Shown: piece by piece, positions 13,501 through 28,700 of the stretch
Layout of the letters: the number at the start of each line of letters is the position of its first letter
Position numbering within the stretch: the first letter of the stretch is position 1
Assembly: GCA_964035545.1 (NCBI GenBank)
Contig: OZ037766.1
Coordinates: forward strand, 18,960,767-19,024,766
Length of the DNA: 64,000 bases
From: Bugula neritina
Lineage: Eukaryota > Animalia > Bryozoa
Direction: 5' to 3'
The notes under the pieces: model-generated
What the model was told of the DNA's origin: nothing
Seen by the model: the letters and a program-made list of their open reading frames with translations, nothing else
Databases searched by the model: none
Position numbers and translations under genes: made by a program

Positions 13501-16500
13501 ATACTGCAACATACTGAAATACACTGTAACATACCGAAATAAGCTGCAACATACTGCAACATACTGAAATACACTGCAACATACTAAAATACATTGCAAC
13601 ATACTAAAATACACTGCAACATTCTGCAACATACTTCAACACACTGAAATACACCGTAACATAATGAAATACACTGCAACACATTGAAATATACTGCAAC
13701 ACACTGAAATATACTGCAACACATCCAAGTACATCGTAATATACTGACATGTACTGTAACATACTGAAACACACTGAAACATACTGAAACATACTGAAAC
13801 ATACTTCAACACACTGAAATATAGTAAAACATACTGAAATATACTGCAACATACTGCAACATACTGAAATACACTGTAACAAACTGAAATACACTGCAAC
13901 ACATTGAAATATACTGCAACAAACTGAAATATACTGCAACATACTGAAGCTTACTGCAACATACTGAAATACACTGCAACATATCGAAGTATATCGTAAT
14001 ATACGGACATGTACTGTAACATACTGAAACACACTGAAACATACTGAAACATACTGAAACATACTTCAACACACTGAAATATACTAAAACATACTGAAAT
14101 ATACTGCAACATACTGCAACATACTGAAATACACTGTAACAAACTGAAATACACTGCAACACATTGAAATATATTGCACCATACCCTATCATATTGTAAT
14201 TTACTGAAATATACTGCAACATACCGCAACATACTGAAATACACTGTAACAAACTGAAATACACTGTAACACATTGGTTAATACTGCAACATACCCAAAT
14301 ATATGGTAATATACTGAAATACACTGCAGCATTCTGCAACATACTTCAACATACTGAAATGTACTGCAACATACTGAAACACACTGCAACATAACGAGGT
14401 ATATCGAAATATACGGACATGTACTGTAACATACTGAAATATACTGCAACATACTGCAACATACTGAAATACACTGTAACATACTGCAACATACCTAAAT
14501 ACACTGTAACATACTAAATTACACTGCAACATTCTGCAACATACTTCAACATACTGAAATACACTGAAACATAATGAAGTACACTGCAACACAATGAAAT
14601 ATACTGCAACACACTGAAATTTACTGCAACACATCCAAGTACATCGTAATATACGGACATGTACTTTAACATACTGAAACATACTGAAACATACTGAAAC
14701 AAAATGAAATTAACTGTAACACACTGATTAATACTGCAAAATGCTGAAATATACTGTAACACAGTGAAGTATACTGCAAAATTTTGAAACATACTGTAAC
14801 GTACTGAAACATGAGCAATATACTGAAAAATGCCTCAACATACTCAAATACACTGCAAGAAACTGCAACATACGTAAATACACTGTAACATACTGACATA
14901 CACTGCAACATACTGCAACATACTGAAGTCCACGGTGAAATATTGAAATACACTGCAACACATTGGAATATACTGGAACACACTGAACTATACTGCAACA
15001 TACTGAAATATACTGCAACATACTGCAACATACTGAAACACACTGTAACATACTGAAATACACTGCAACAAACTGCAACATACTGAAGAACACTGTAAAA
15101 TATTGAAATACACTGCAACACATCGGAATATACTTCAACACACTGAAATATACTAAAACATGTTGAAATATACTGCAACACACTGCAACATACTGAAATA
15201 CACTGGAACAAACTGAAATACACTGCAACACATTGGAATATACTGCAACATTCCCTGATTTATTGTAATACACTGAAATACACTGCAACATACCGCAACA
15301 TACTAAATTACACTCTTACAAACTGAAATACAATGCAACACATTGGTATATACTGCAACATACCCAAATATATGGTATTATACTGAAATATACTGAAATA
15401 CACTGCAACACATTGAAAAATACTGCAACATACTGAAAGACACTACAACTGACTGAAGTATAGTGTAATATACGGAAATGTACTGTAACATACTGATACT
15501 TACTGTAACACACTGAATCATACTGCAACATACTGCAATACACTGTAACATACCGAAACAAACTGCAACATGCTGCAACATACTGAAATACACTGTAACA
15601 TACTAAAACACACTGCAACATTCTGCAACATACTCCAACGTACTGAAATACACTGTAACATAATGAATTACACTGCAAAATACTGCAACATACTGAAGTA
15701 CACTGTAAAATGTTGAAATACACGGCAACACATTAAAATATACTGCAACACACTGAAGTATACTGCAACATACTGAAATATACTCCAACATGCTGCAACA
15801 TACTGAAATACACTGTAACATACTGTAACATACTGAAATACACTGCAACAAACTGCAACATACTGGAGTACACTGTACATATTGAAAGACACTGCAACAC
15901 ACTGAAATATACTGCAACACACTGAAATATACTGCAAAAAACTGAAATACACTTCAACATACTTCAGCATACTGAAAGACACTACAACTAACCGAAGTAT
16001 AGTGTATTATACGGAAATGTACTGTAACATACTGATATTTACTGCAACACACTGAAATATACTGCAACATACTGAAATACTCTGTAACATGCCAAAATAA
16101 ACTGCAACATACTGCAACATACTGAAATACACTGTAACATACTAAAATACACTGCAACATTCTGCAACATACTTCAACATACTGAAATGCACTGTAACAT
16201 AATGAAATACACTGCCACACATTAAAATATACTGCAACACACTGAAATACACTGCAACACATCCAAGTACATCGTAATATACGGACATGTACTATAACAT
16301 ACTGAAACATACTGAAACATAGTGAAACAAAATGAAATAAACTGTAACACACTGAGTAATACTGCAAAATGCTGAAATATACTGTAACACAGTGAAGTAT
16401 ACTGCAAAATTTTTAAACATGCTGTAACATACTGAAACATGAGCAGTATACTGAAAAATGCCTCAACATACTCAAATACACTGCAAGAAACTGCATCATA

Positions 16501-16990
16501 CGTATATACACTGTAACATACTGACATACACTGCAACATACTGCAACATACTGAAGTCCACTGTGAAATATTGAAATACACTGCAACACATTGGAATATA
16601 CTGCAACACACTGAACTATACTGCAACATACTGAAATATACTGCAACATACTGCAACATACTGAAATACACTGTAACATACTGTAACATACTGAAATACA
16701 CTGCAACAAACTGCAACATACTGAAGTACACTGTAAATTATTGAAATACACTGCAACACATTGGAATATACTGCAACACACTGATATGTACTGCAACATA
16801 CTGAAATATACTTCAACATACTGCAGCATACTGAAAGACACTACAACTAACTGAAGTATAGTGTAATATACGGAAATGTACTGTAACATACTGATATTTA
16901 CTGCAACACACTGAAATATACTGCAACATACTGAAATACACTGTAACATGCCAAAATAAACTGCAACATACTGCAACATACTGAAATACA

Positions 16991-17120
16991 CTGTAACATA
17001 CTAAAATACACTGCAACCTTCTGCAACATACTTCAACATACTGAAATGCACTGTAACATACTGAAATACACTGCAACCTTCTGCAACATACTTCAACCTA
17101 CTGAAATGCACTGTAACATA
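16991..17120 (+). repeat. 60-bp tandem duplication
   Basis: CTGCAACCTT at 17011 and 17071; CTGAAATGCA at 17041 and 17101. It accounts for the 11864 to 11924 offset change. Confidence 0.9.
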
Positions 17121-20100
17121 ATGAAATACACTGCAACACATTGAAATATACTGCAACACACTGAAATATATAGCAACACATCCAAGTACATCGTAATATA
17201 CGGACATGTACTGTAACATGCTGAAACATACCTAAACATACTGAAACAAAATGAAACAAACTGTAACACACTGAGTAATACTGCAAAATGCTAAAATATA
17301 CTGTAACACAGTGAAGTATACTGCAAAATTCTGAAACATATTGGAACATACTGAAACATGAGCAATATACTGAAAAATGCCTCAACATACTCAAATACAC
17401 TGCAAGAAACTGGAACATGCGTAAATACACTGTAACATACTGACATACACTGCAACATACTGCAACATACTGGAGTACACTGTAAAATAGTGAAATGCAC
17501 TGCAACACATTGAAATATACTGCAACATACCCTATCATATTGTAATATACTGAAATATACTGCAACATACCGCAACCTACTGAAATACACTGTAACAAAC
17601 TGAAATACACTGTAACACATTGGTATATACTGCAACATACCCAAATATATGCTAATATACTGAAATACACTGCAGCATTCTGCAACATACTTCAACATAC
17701 TGAAATACACTGAAACATAATGAAGTACACTGCAACACAATGAAATATACTGCACACACTGAAATATACTGCAACACATCCAAGTACATCGTAATATACG
17801 GACATGTACTGTAACATACTGAAACATACTGAAACAAAATGAAATGTACTTTAACACGCTGAATAATACTGCAAAATGCTGAAATATACTGTAACAAAGT
17901 CAAGTATACTGCAAAAATCTGAAACATACTGTAACATACTGAAACATGAGCAACGTACTGAAATATGCCTCAACATACTCAAATATACTGCAAAATACTG
18001 CAACATACGTAAATACACTGTAACATACTGAAATACACTGCAACACATTGAATTATACTGCAACAAACTGGAATATACTGCAACATACTGAAGTTTACTG
18101 CAACATACTGAAATACACTGCAACATATCGAAATATATCGTAATATACGGACATGTACTGTAACATACTGAAACACACTGAAACATACTGAAACATACTG
18201 AAACATACTTCAACACACTGAAATATACTGAAACATACTGAAATATACTGCAACATACTGCAACATACTGAAATACACTGTAACATACTGCAAAATACCT
18301 AAATACACTGTAACATACTAAAATACACTGCAACATTCTGCAACATACTTCAACATACTGAAATACACTGAAACATAATGAAGTACACTGCAACACAATG
18401 AAATATACTGCACACACTGAAATATACTGCAACACATCCAAGTACATCGTAATATACGGACATGTACTATAACATACTGAAACATACTGAAACATACTGA
18501 AACAAAATAAAATAAACTGTAACACACTGAGTAATACTGCAAAATGCTGAAATATACTGTAACACAGTGAAGTATACTGCAAAAATTTGAAACATACTCT
18601 AACATACTGAAACATGAGCAGTATACTGAAAAATGCCTCGACATACTCAAATACACTGCAAGAAACTGCAACATACGTAAATACACTGTAACATACTGAC
18701 ATACACTGCAACATACTGCAACATACTGAAGTCCACTGTGAAATATTGAAATACACTGCAACACATTGGAATATACTGCAACACACTGAACTATACTGCA
18801 ACATACTGAAATATACTGCAACATACTGCAACATACTGAAATAGACTGTAACATACTGTAACATACTGAAATACACTGCAACAAACTGCAACATACAGAA
18901 GTACACTGTAAAATATTGAAATACACTGCAACACATCGGAATATACTTCAACACACTGAAATATACTAAAACATGTTGAAATATACTGCAACATACTGCA
19001 ACATACTGAAATACACTGTAACAAACTGAAATACACTGCAACACATTGGAATATACTGCAACATTCCCTGATATATTGTAATATACTGAAATACACTGCA
19101 ACATACCGCAACATACTAAATTACACTGTTACAAACTGAAATACACTGCAACACATTGGTATATACTGCAACATACCCAAATATATGGTATTATACTGAA
19201 ATATACTGAAATACACTGCAACACATTGAAAAATACTGCAACATACTGAAAGACACTACAACTGACTGAAGTATAGTGTAATATACGGAAATGTACTGTA
19301 ACATACTGATACTTACTGTAACACACTGAATCATACTGCAACATACTGCAATACACTGTAACATACCGAAGCAAACTGCTACATACTGCAACATACTGAA
19401 ATACACTGTAACATACTAAAACACACTGCAACATTCTGCAACATACTCCAACGTACTGAAGTACACTGTCCCACAATGAAATACACTGCAAAATACTGCA
19501 ACATACTGAAGTACACTGTAAAATGTTGAAATACACGGCAACACATTAAAATATACTGCAACACACTGAACTATACTGCAACATACTGAAATATACTCCA
19601 ACATGCTGCAACATACTGAAATACACTGTAACATACTGTAACATACTGAAATACACTGTAACATACTGTAACATACTGAAATACACTGCAACAAACTGCA
19701 ACATACTGAAGTACACTGTAAATTATTGAAATACACTGCAACACATTGGAATATACTGCAACACACTGATATGTACTGCAACATACTGAAATATACTTCA
19801 ACATACTGCAGCATACTGAAAGACACTACAACTAACTGAAGTATAGTGTAATATACGGAAATGTACTGTAACATACTGATATTTACTGCAACACACTGAA
19901 ACATACTGCAACATACTGAAATACACTGTAACATGCCAAAATAAACTGCAACATACTGCAACATACTGAAATACACTGTAACATACTAAAATACACTGCA
20001 ACCTTCTGCAACATACTTCAACATACTGAAATGCACTGTAACATAATGAAATACACTGCAACACATTGAAATATACTGCAACACACTGAAATATATTGCA

Positions 20101-23100
20101 ACACATCCAAGTACATCGTAATATACGGACATGTACTGTAACATACTGAAACATACTGAAACATACTGAAACAAAATGAAATAAACTGTAACACGCTGAG
20201 TAATACTGCAAAATGCTGAAATATACTGTAACACAGTGAAGTATACTGCAAAATTCTGAAACATATTGGAACATACTGAAACATGAGCAATATACTGAAA
20301 AATGCCTCAACATACTCAAATACACTGCAAGAAACTGGAACATGCGTAAATACACTGTAACATACTGACATACACTGCAACATACTGCAACATACTGGAG
20401 TACACTGTAAAATAGTGAAATACACTGCAACACATTGAAATATACTGCAACATAGCCTATCATATTGTAATATACTGAAATATACTGCAACATACCGCAA
20501 CATACTGAAATACACTGTAACAAACTGAAATACACTGTAACACATTGGTATATACTGAAACATACCCAAATATATGGTAATATACTGAAATACACTGCAG
20601 CATTCTGCAACATACTTCAACATACTGAAATGTACTGCAACATACTGAAACACACTGCAACATAACGAGGTATATCGAAATATACGGACATGTACTGTAA
20701 CATACTGAAATATACTGCAACATACTGCAACATACTGAAATACACTGTAACATACTGCAACATACCTAAATACACTGTAACATACTAAAATACACTGCAA
20801 CATTCTGCAACATACTTCAACATACTGAAATACACTGAAACATAATGAAGTACACTGCAACACAATGAAATATACTGCAACACACTGAAATATACTGCAA
20901 CACATCCAATTACATCGTACTATACGGACATGTACTATAACATACTGAAACACACTGAAACATACTGAAACAAAATGAAATAAACTGTAACACACTGAAT
21001 AATACTGCAAAATGCTGAAATATACTGTAACGCAGTGAAGTATACTGCAAAATTTTGAAACATATTGTAACATACTGAAACATGAGCAATATACTGAAAA
21101 ATGCCTCAACATACTCAAATACACTGCAAGAAACTGCAACATACGTAAATACACCGTAACATACTGACATACACTGCAACATACTGCAACATACTGAAGT
21201 CCACTGTGAAATATTGAAATACACTGCAACACATTGGAATATACTGGAACACACTGAACTATACCGCAACATACTGAAATATACTGCAACATACTGCAAC
21301 ATACTGAAATACACTGTAACATACTGTAACATACTGAAATACACTGCAACAAACTGCAACATACTGAAGTCACTGTAAATTATTGAAATACATTGCAACA
21401 CATTGGAATATACTGCAACACACTGAAATGTACTGCAACATACTGAAATATACTTCAACATACTGCAGCATACTGAAAGACACTACAACTAACTGAAGTA
21501 TAGTGTAATATACGGAAATGTACTGTAACATACTGATATTTACTGCAACACACTGAAATATACTGCAACATACTGAAATACGCTGTAACATGCCAAAATA
21601 AACTGCAACATAATGCAACATACTGAAATACACTGTAACATACTAAAATACACTGCAACATACTAAAATACATTGCAACATTCTGCAACATACTTCAACA
21701 TACTGAAATACACCGTAACATAATGAAATACACTGCAACACATTGAATTATACTGCAACAAACTGAAATATACTGCAACATACTGAAGTTTACTGTAACA
21801 TACTGAAATACACTGCAACATATCGAAGTATATCGTAATATACGGACATGTACTGTAACATACTGAAACACACTGAAACATACTTAAACATACTTAAACA
21901 TAATTCAACACACTGAAATATACTAAAACATACTGAAATATACTGCAACATACTGCAACATACTGAAATACACTGTAACAAACTGAAATACACTGCAACA
22001 TGTTGAAATATACTGCAACATAACCTATCATATTGTAATATACTGAAATATACTGCAACATACCGCAACATACTGAAATACACTGTAGCAAACTGAAATA
22101 CACTGTAACACATTGGTATATACTGCAACATACCCAAATATATGGTAATATACTGAAATACACTGCAGCATTCTGCAACATACTTCAACATACTGAAATG
22201 TACTGCAACATACTGAAACACACTGCAACATAACGAGGTATATCGAAATATACGGACATGTACTGTAACATACTGAAATATACTGCAACATACTGCAACA
22301 TACTGAAATACACTGTAACATACTGCAACATACCTAAATACACTGTAACATACTAAAATACACTGCAACATTCTGCAACATACTTCAACATACTGAAATA
22401 CACCGAAACATAATGAAGTACACTGCAACACAATGAAATATACTGCAACACACTGACATATACTGCAACACATCCAATTACATCGTAATATACGGACATG
22501 TACTATAACATACTGAAACATACTGAAACATACTGAAACAAAATGAAATAAACTGTAACACACTGAGTAATACTGCAAAATGCTGAAATATACTGTAACA
22601 CAGTGAAGTATACTGCAAAATTTTGAAACATACTGTAACATACTGAAACATGAGCAATATACTGAAAAATGCCTCAACATACTCAAATACACTGCAAGAA
22701 ACTGCAACATACGTAAATACACCGCAACATACTGACATACACTGCAACATACTGCAACATACTGAAGTCCACTGTGAAATATTGAAATACACTGCAACAC
22801 ATTGGAATATACTGCAACACACTGAACTATACCGCAACATACTGAAATATACTGCAACATACTGCAACATACTGAAATACACTGTAACATACTGTAACAT
22901 ACTGAAATACACTGCAACAAACTGCAACATACTGAAGTACACTGTAAAATATTGAAATACACTGCAACACAATGGATTATACTGCAACACACTGAAATGT
23001 ACTGCAACATCCTGAAATATACTTCAACCTACTGCAGCATGCTGAAAGACACTACAACTAACTGAAGTATAGTGTAATATACGGAAATGTACTGTAACAT

Positions 23101-25760
23101 ACTGATATTTGCTGCAACACACTGAAATATACTGCAACATACTGAAATACACTGTAACATGATAAAATAAACTGCAACATACTGCAACATACTGAAATAC
23201 ACTGTAACATACTGAAATACACTGCAACCTTCTGCAACATACTTCAACCTACTGAAATGCACTGTAACATAATGAAATACACTGCAACACATTGAAATAT
23301 ACTGCAACACACTGAAATATATTGCAACACATCGAAGTACATCGTAATATACGGACATGTACTGTAACATACTGAAACATACCTAAACATACTGAAACAA
23401 AATGAAACAAACTGTAACACACTGAGTAATACTGCAAAATGCTGAAATATACTGTAACACAGTGAAGTATACTGCAAAATTCTGAAACATATTGGAACAT
23501 ACTGAAACATGAGCAATATACTGAAAAATGCCTCAACATACTCAAATACACTGCAAGAAACTGGAACATGCGTAAATACACTGTAACATACTGACATACA
23601 CTGCAACATACTGCAACATACTGGAGTACACTGTAAAATAGTGAAATGCACTGCAACACATTAAAATATACTGCAACATACCCTATCATATTGTAATATA
23701 CTGAAATATACTGCAACATACCGCAACATACTGAAATACACTGTAACAAACTGAAATACACTGTAACACATTGGTATATACTGCAACATACCCAAATATA
23801 TGCTAATATACTGAAATACACTGCAGCATTCTGCAACATACTTCAACATACTGAAATACACTGAAACATAATGAAGTACACTGCAACACAATGAAATATA
23901 CTGCACACACTGAAATATACTGCAACACATCCAAGTACATCGTAATATACGGACATGTACTGTAACATACTGAAACATACTGAAACAAAATGAAATATAC
24001 TTTAACACGCTGAATAATACTGCAAAATGCTGAAATATACTGTAACAAAGTCAAGTATACTGCAAAAATCTGTAACATACTGTAACATACTGAAACATGA
24101 GCAACGTACTGAAATATGCCTCAACATACTCAAATATACTGCAAAATACTGCAACATACGTAAATACACTGTAACATACTGAAATACACTGCAACACATT
24201 GAATTATACTGCAACAAACTGGAATATACTGCAACATACTGAAGTTTACTGCAACATACTGAAATACACTGCAACATATCGAAGTATATCGTAATATACG
24301 GACATGTACTGTAACATACTGAAACACACTGAAACATACTGAAACATACTGAAACATACTTCAACACACTGAAATATACTGAAACATACTGAAATATACT
24401 GCAACATACTGCAACATACTGAAATACACTGTAACATACTGCAAAATACCTAAATACACTGTAACATACTAAAATACACTGCAACATTCTGCAACATACT
24501 TCAACATACTGAAATACACTAAAACATAATGAAGTACACTGCAACACAATGAAATATACTGCACACACTGAAATATACTGCAACACATCCAAGTACATCG
24601 TAATATACGGACATGTACTATAACATACTGAAACATACTGAAACATACTGAAACAAAATGAAATAAACTGTAACACACTGAGTAATACTGCAAAATGCTG
24701 AAATATACTGTAACACAGTGAAGTATACTGCAAAATTTTGAAACATACTCTAACATACTGAAACATGAGCAGTATACTGAAAAATGCCTCGACATACTCA
24801 AATACACTGCAAGAAACTGCAACATACGTAAATACACTGTAACATACTGACATACACTGCAACATACTGCAACATACTGAAGTCCACTGTGAAATATTGA
24901 AATACACTGCAACACATTGGAATATACTGCAACACACTGAACTATACTGCAACATACTGAAATATACTGCAACATACTGCAACATACTGAAATACACTGT
25001 AACATACTGTAACATACTGAAATACACTGCAACAAACTGCAACATACAGAAGTACACTGTAAAATATTGAAATACACTGCAACACATCGGAATATACTTC
25101 AACACACTGAAATATACTAAAACATGTTGAAATATACTGCAACATACTGCAACATACTGAAATACACTGTAACAAACTGAAATACACTGCAACACATTGG
25201 AATATACTGCAACATTCCCTGATATATTGTAATATACTGAAATACACTGCAACATACCGCAACATACTAAATTACACTGTTACAAACTGAAATACACTGC
25301 AACACATTGGTATATACTGCAACATACCCAAATATATGGTATTATACTGAAATATACTGAAATACACTGCAACACATTGAAAAATACTGCAACATACTGA
25401 AAGACACTACAACTCACTGAAGTATAGTGTAATATACGGAAATGTACTGTAACATACTGATACTTACTGTAACACACTGAATCATACTGCAACATACTGC
25501 AATACACTGTAACATACCGAAACAAACTGCAACATACTGCAACATACTGAAATACACTGTAACATACTAAAACACACTGCAACATTCTGCAACATACTCC
25601 AACGTACTGAAATACACTGTCCGATAATGAAATACACTGCAAAATACTGCAACATACTGAAGTACACTGTAAAATGTTGAAATACACGGCAACACATTAA
25701 AATATACTGCAACACACTGAACTATACTGCAACATACTGAAATTTACTCCAACATGCTGC
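17060..25760 (+). repeat. Dispersed duplication: ~17060-19600 repeated at ~23210-25760 (offset 6151)
   Basis: Pseudo-ORF pairs 17098/23249, 17851/24002, 18318/24469 and 19129/25280; shared TATATGCTAAT variant. Confidence 0.88.
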
Positions 25761-28700
25761 AACGTACTGAAATACACTGTAACATACTGTAACATACTGA
25801 AATACACTGCAACAAACTGCAACTTACTGGAGTACACTGTACATATTGAAAAACACTGCAACACACTGAAATATACTGCAACACACTGAAATATACTGCA
25901 AAATACTGAAATATACTTCAACATACTGCAGCATACTGAAAGACACTACAACTAACTGAAGTATAGTGTAGTATACGGAAAAGTACTGTAACATACTGTC
26001 ATTTACTGCAACACACTGAAATATACTGCAACATGCTGAAATACACTGTAACATGCCAAAATAAACTGCAACATACTGCAACATACTGAAATACACTGTA
26101 ACATACTAAATCACACTGCAATATTCTGCAACATACTGAAATGCACTGTAACATAATGAAATACACTGCCACACATTGAAATATACTGCAATACACTGAA
26201 ATATACTGCAACACATCCAAGGACATCGTAATATACGGACATGTACTATAAGATACTGAAACATACTGAAACATAGTGAAACAAAATGAAATAAACTGTA
26301 ACACACTGAGTAATACTGCAAAATGCTGAAATATACTGTAACACAGTGAAGTATACTGCAAAATTTTGAAACATACTGTAACATACTGAAACATGAGCAA
26401 TATCCTGAAAAATGCCTCAACATACTCAAATACACTGCAAGAAACTGCAACATACGTAAATACACTGTAACATACTGACATACACTGCAACATACTGCAA
26501 CATACTGAAGTCCACTGTGAAATATTGAAATACACTGCAACACATTGGAATATACTGCAACACACTGAACTATACTGCAACACATCCAAGTACATCGTAA
26601 TAAACGGACATGTACTGTAACATACTGAAACATACTGAAACATACTGAAACAAAATGAAATAAACTGTAACACACTGAGTAATACTGCAAAATGCTGAAA
26701 TATACTGTAACACAGTGAAGAATACTGCAAAATTCTGAAACATACTGTAACATACTGAAACATGAGCAATATACTGAAAAATGCCTCATCATACTCAAAT
26801 ACACTGCAAGAAACTGGAACATACGTAAATACACTGTAACATACTGACATACACTGCAACATACTGCAACAGACTGAAGTCCACTGTAAAATATTGAAAT
26901 ACACTGCAACACATTGGAATATACTGCAACACACTGAACTATACTGCAACATACTGAAATATACTGCAACATACTGCAACATACTGAAATACACTGTAAC
27001 ATACTGTAACATACTGAAATACACTGCAACAAACTGCAACATAATGATGTACACTGTACATATTGAAGACACTGCAACACACTGAAATATACTGCAACAC
27101 ACTGAAATATACTGCAAAATACTGAAATATACTTCAACACACTGCAGCATACTGAAAGACATTACAACTAACTGAAGCAAAGTGCAATATACAGAAATGT
27201 ACTGTAACATACTGATATTTACTGTAACACACTTAAATATACTGCAACATACTGAAATACACTGTAACATACCGAAATAACCTGCAACATACTGCAACAT
27301 ACTGAAATACACTGCAACATACTAAAATACATTGCAACATACTAAAATACACTGCAACATTTTTGCAACATACTTCAACACACTGAAATACACCGTAACA
27401 TAATGAAATACACTGCAACACATTGAAATATACTGCAACACACTGAAATATACTGCAACACATCCAAGTACATCGTAATATACTGACATGTACTGTAACA
27501 TACTGAAACACACTGAAACATACTGAAACATACTGAAACATACTTCAACACACTGAAATATAGTAAAACATACTGAAATATACTGCAACATACTGCAACA
27601 TACTGAAATACACTGTAACAAACTAAAATACACTGCAACACATTGAAATATACTGCAACAAACTGAAATATACTGCAACATACTGAAGCTTACTCCAACA
27701 TACTGAAATACACTGCAACATATCGAAGTATATCGTAATATACGGACATGTACTGTAACATACTGAAACACACTGAAACATACTGAAACATACTGAAACA
27801 TACTTCAACACACTGAAATATACTAAAACATACTGAAATATACTGCAACATACTGCAACATACTGAAATACACTGTAACAAACTGAAATACACTGCAACA
27901 CATTGAAATATATTGCACCATACCCTATCATATTGTAATTTACTGAAATATACTGCAACATACCGCAACATACTGAAATACACTGTAACAAACTGAAATA
28001 CACTGTAACAAATTGGTTAATACTGCAACATACCCAAATATATGGTAATATACTGAAATACACTGCAGCATTCTGCAACATACTTCAACATACTGAAATG
28101 TACTGCAACATACTGAAACACACTGCAACATAACGAGGTATATCGAAATATACGGACATGTACTGTAACATACTGAAATATACTGCAACATACTGCAACA
28201 TACTGAAATACACTGTAACATACTGCAACATACCTAAATACACTGTAACATACTAAATTACACTGCAACATTCTGCAACATACTTCAACATACTGAAATA
28301 CACTGAAACATAATGAAGGACACTGCAACACAATGAAGTATACTGCAACACACTGAAATTTACTGCAACACATCCAAGTACATCGTAATATACGGACATG
28401 TACTTTAACATACTGAAACATACTGAAACATACTGAAACAAAATGAAATCAACTGTAACACACTGATTAATACTGCAAAATGCTGAAATATACTGTAACA
28501 CAGTGAAGTATACTGCAAAATTTTGAAACATACTGTAACGTACTGAAACATGAGCAATATACTGAAAAATGCCTCAACATACTCAAATACACTGCAAGAA
28601 ACTGCAACATACGTAAATACACTGTAACATACTGACATACACTGCAACATACTGCAACATACTGAAGTCCACGGTGAAATATTGAAATACACTGCAACAC

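Larger units (their letters stand above)
515..19645 (+). repeat. Large imperfect duplication: ~515-7660 repeated at ~11970-19645 (offset rising 11,444 to 11,984 through internal indels)
   Basis: Matching pseudo-ORFs at offsets 11444 (1712/13156, 2140/13584), 11864 (3452/15316, 4549/16413), 11924 (5927/17851) and 11984 (7145/19129); same order of variant cassettes. Confidence 0.85.
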
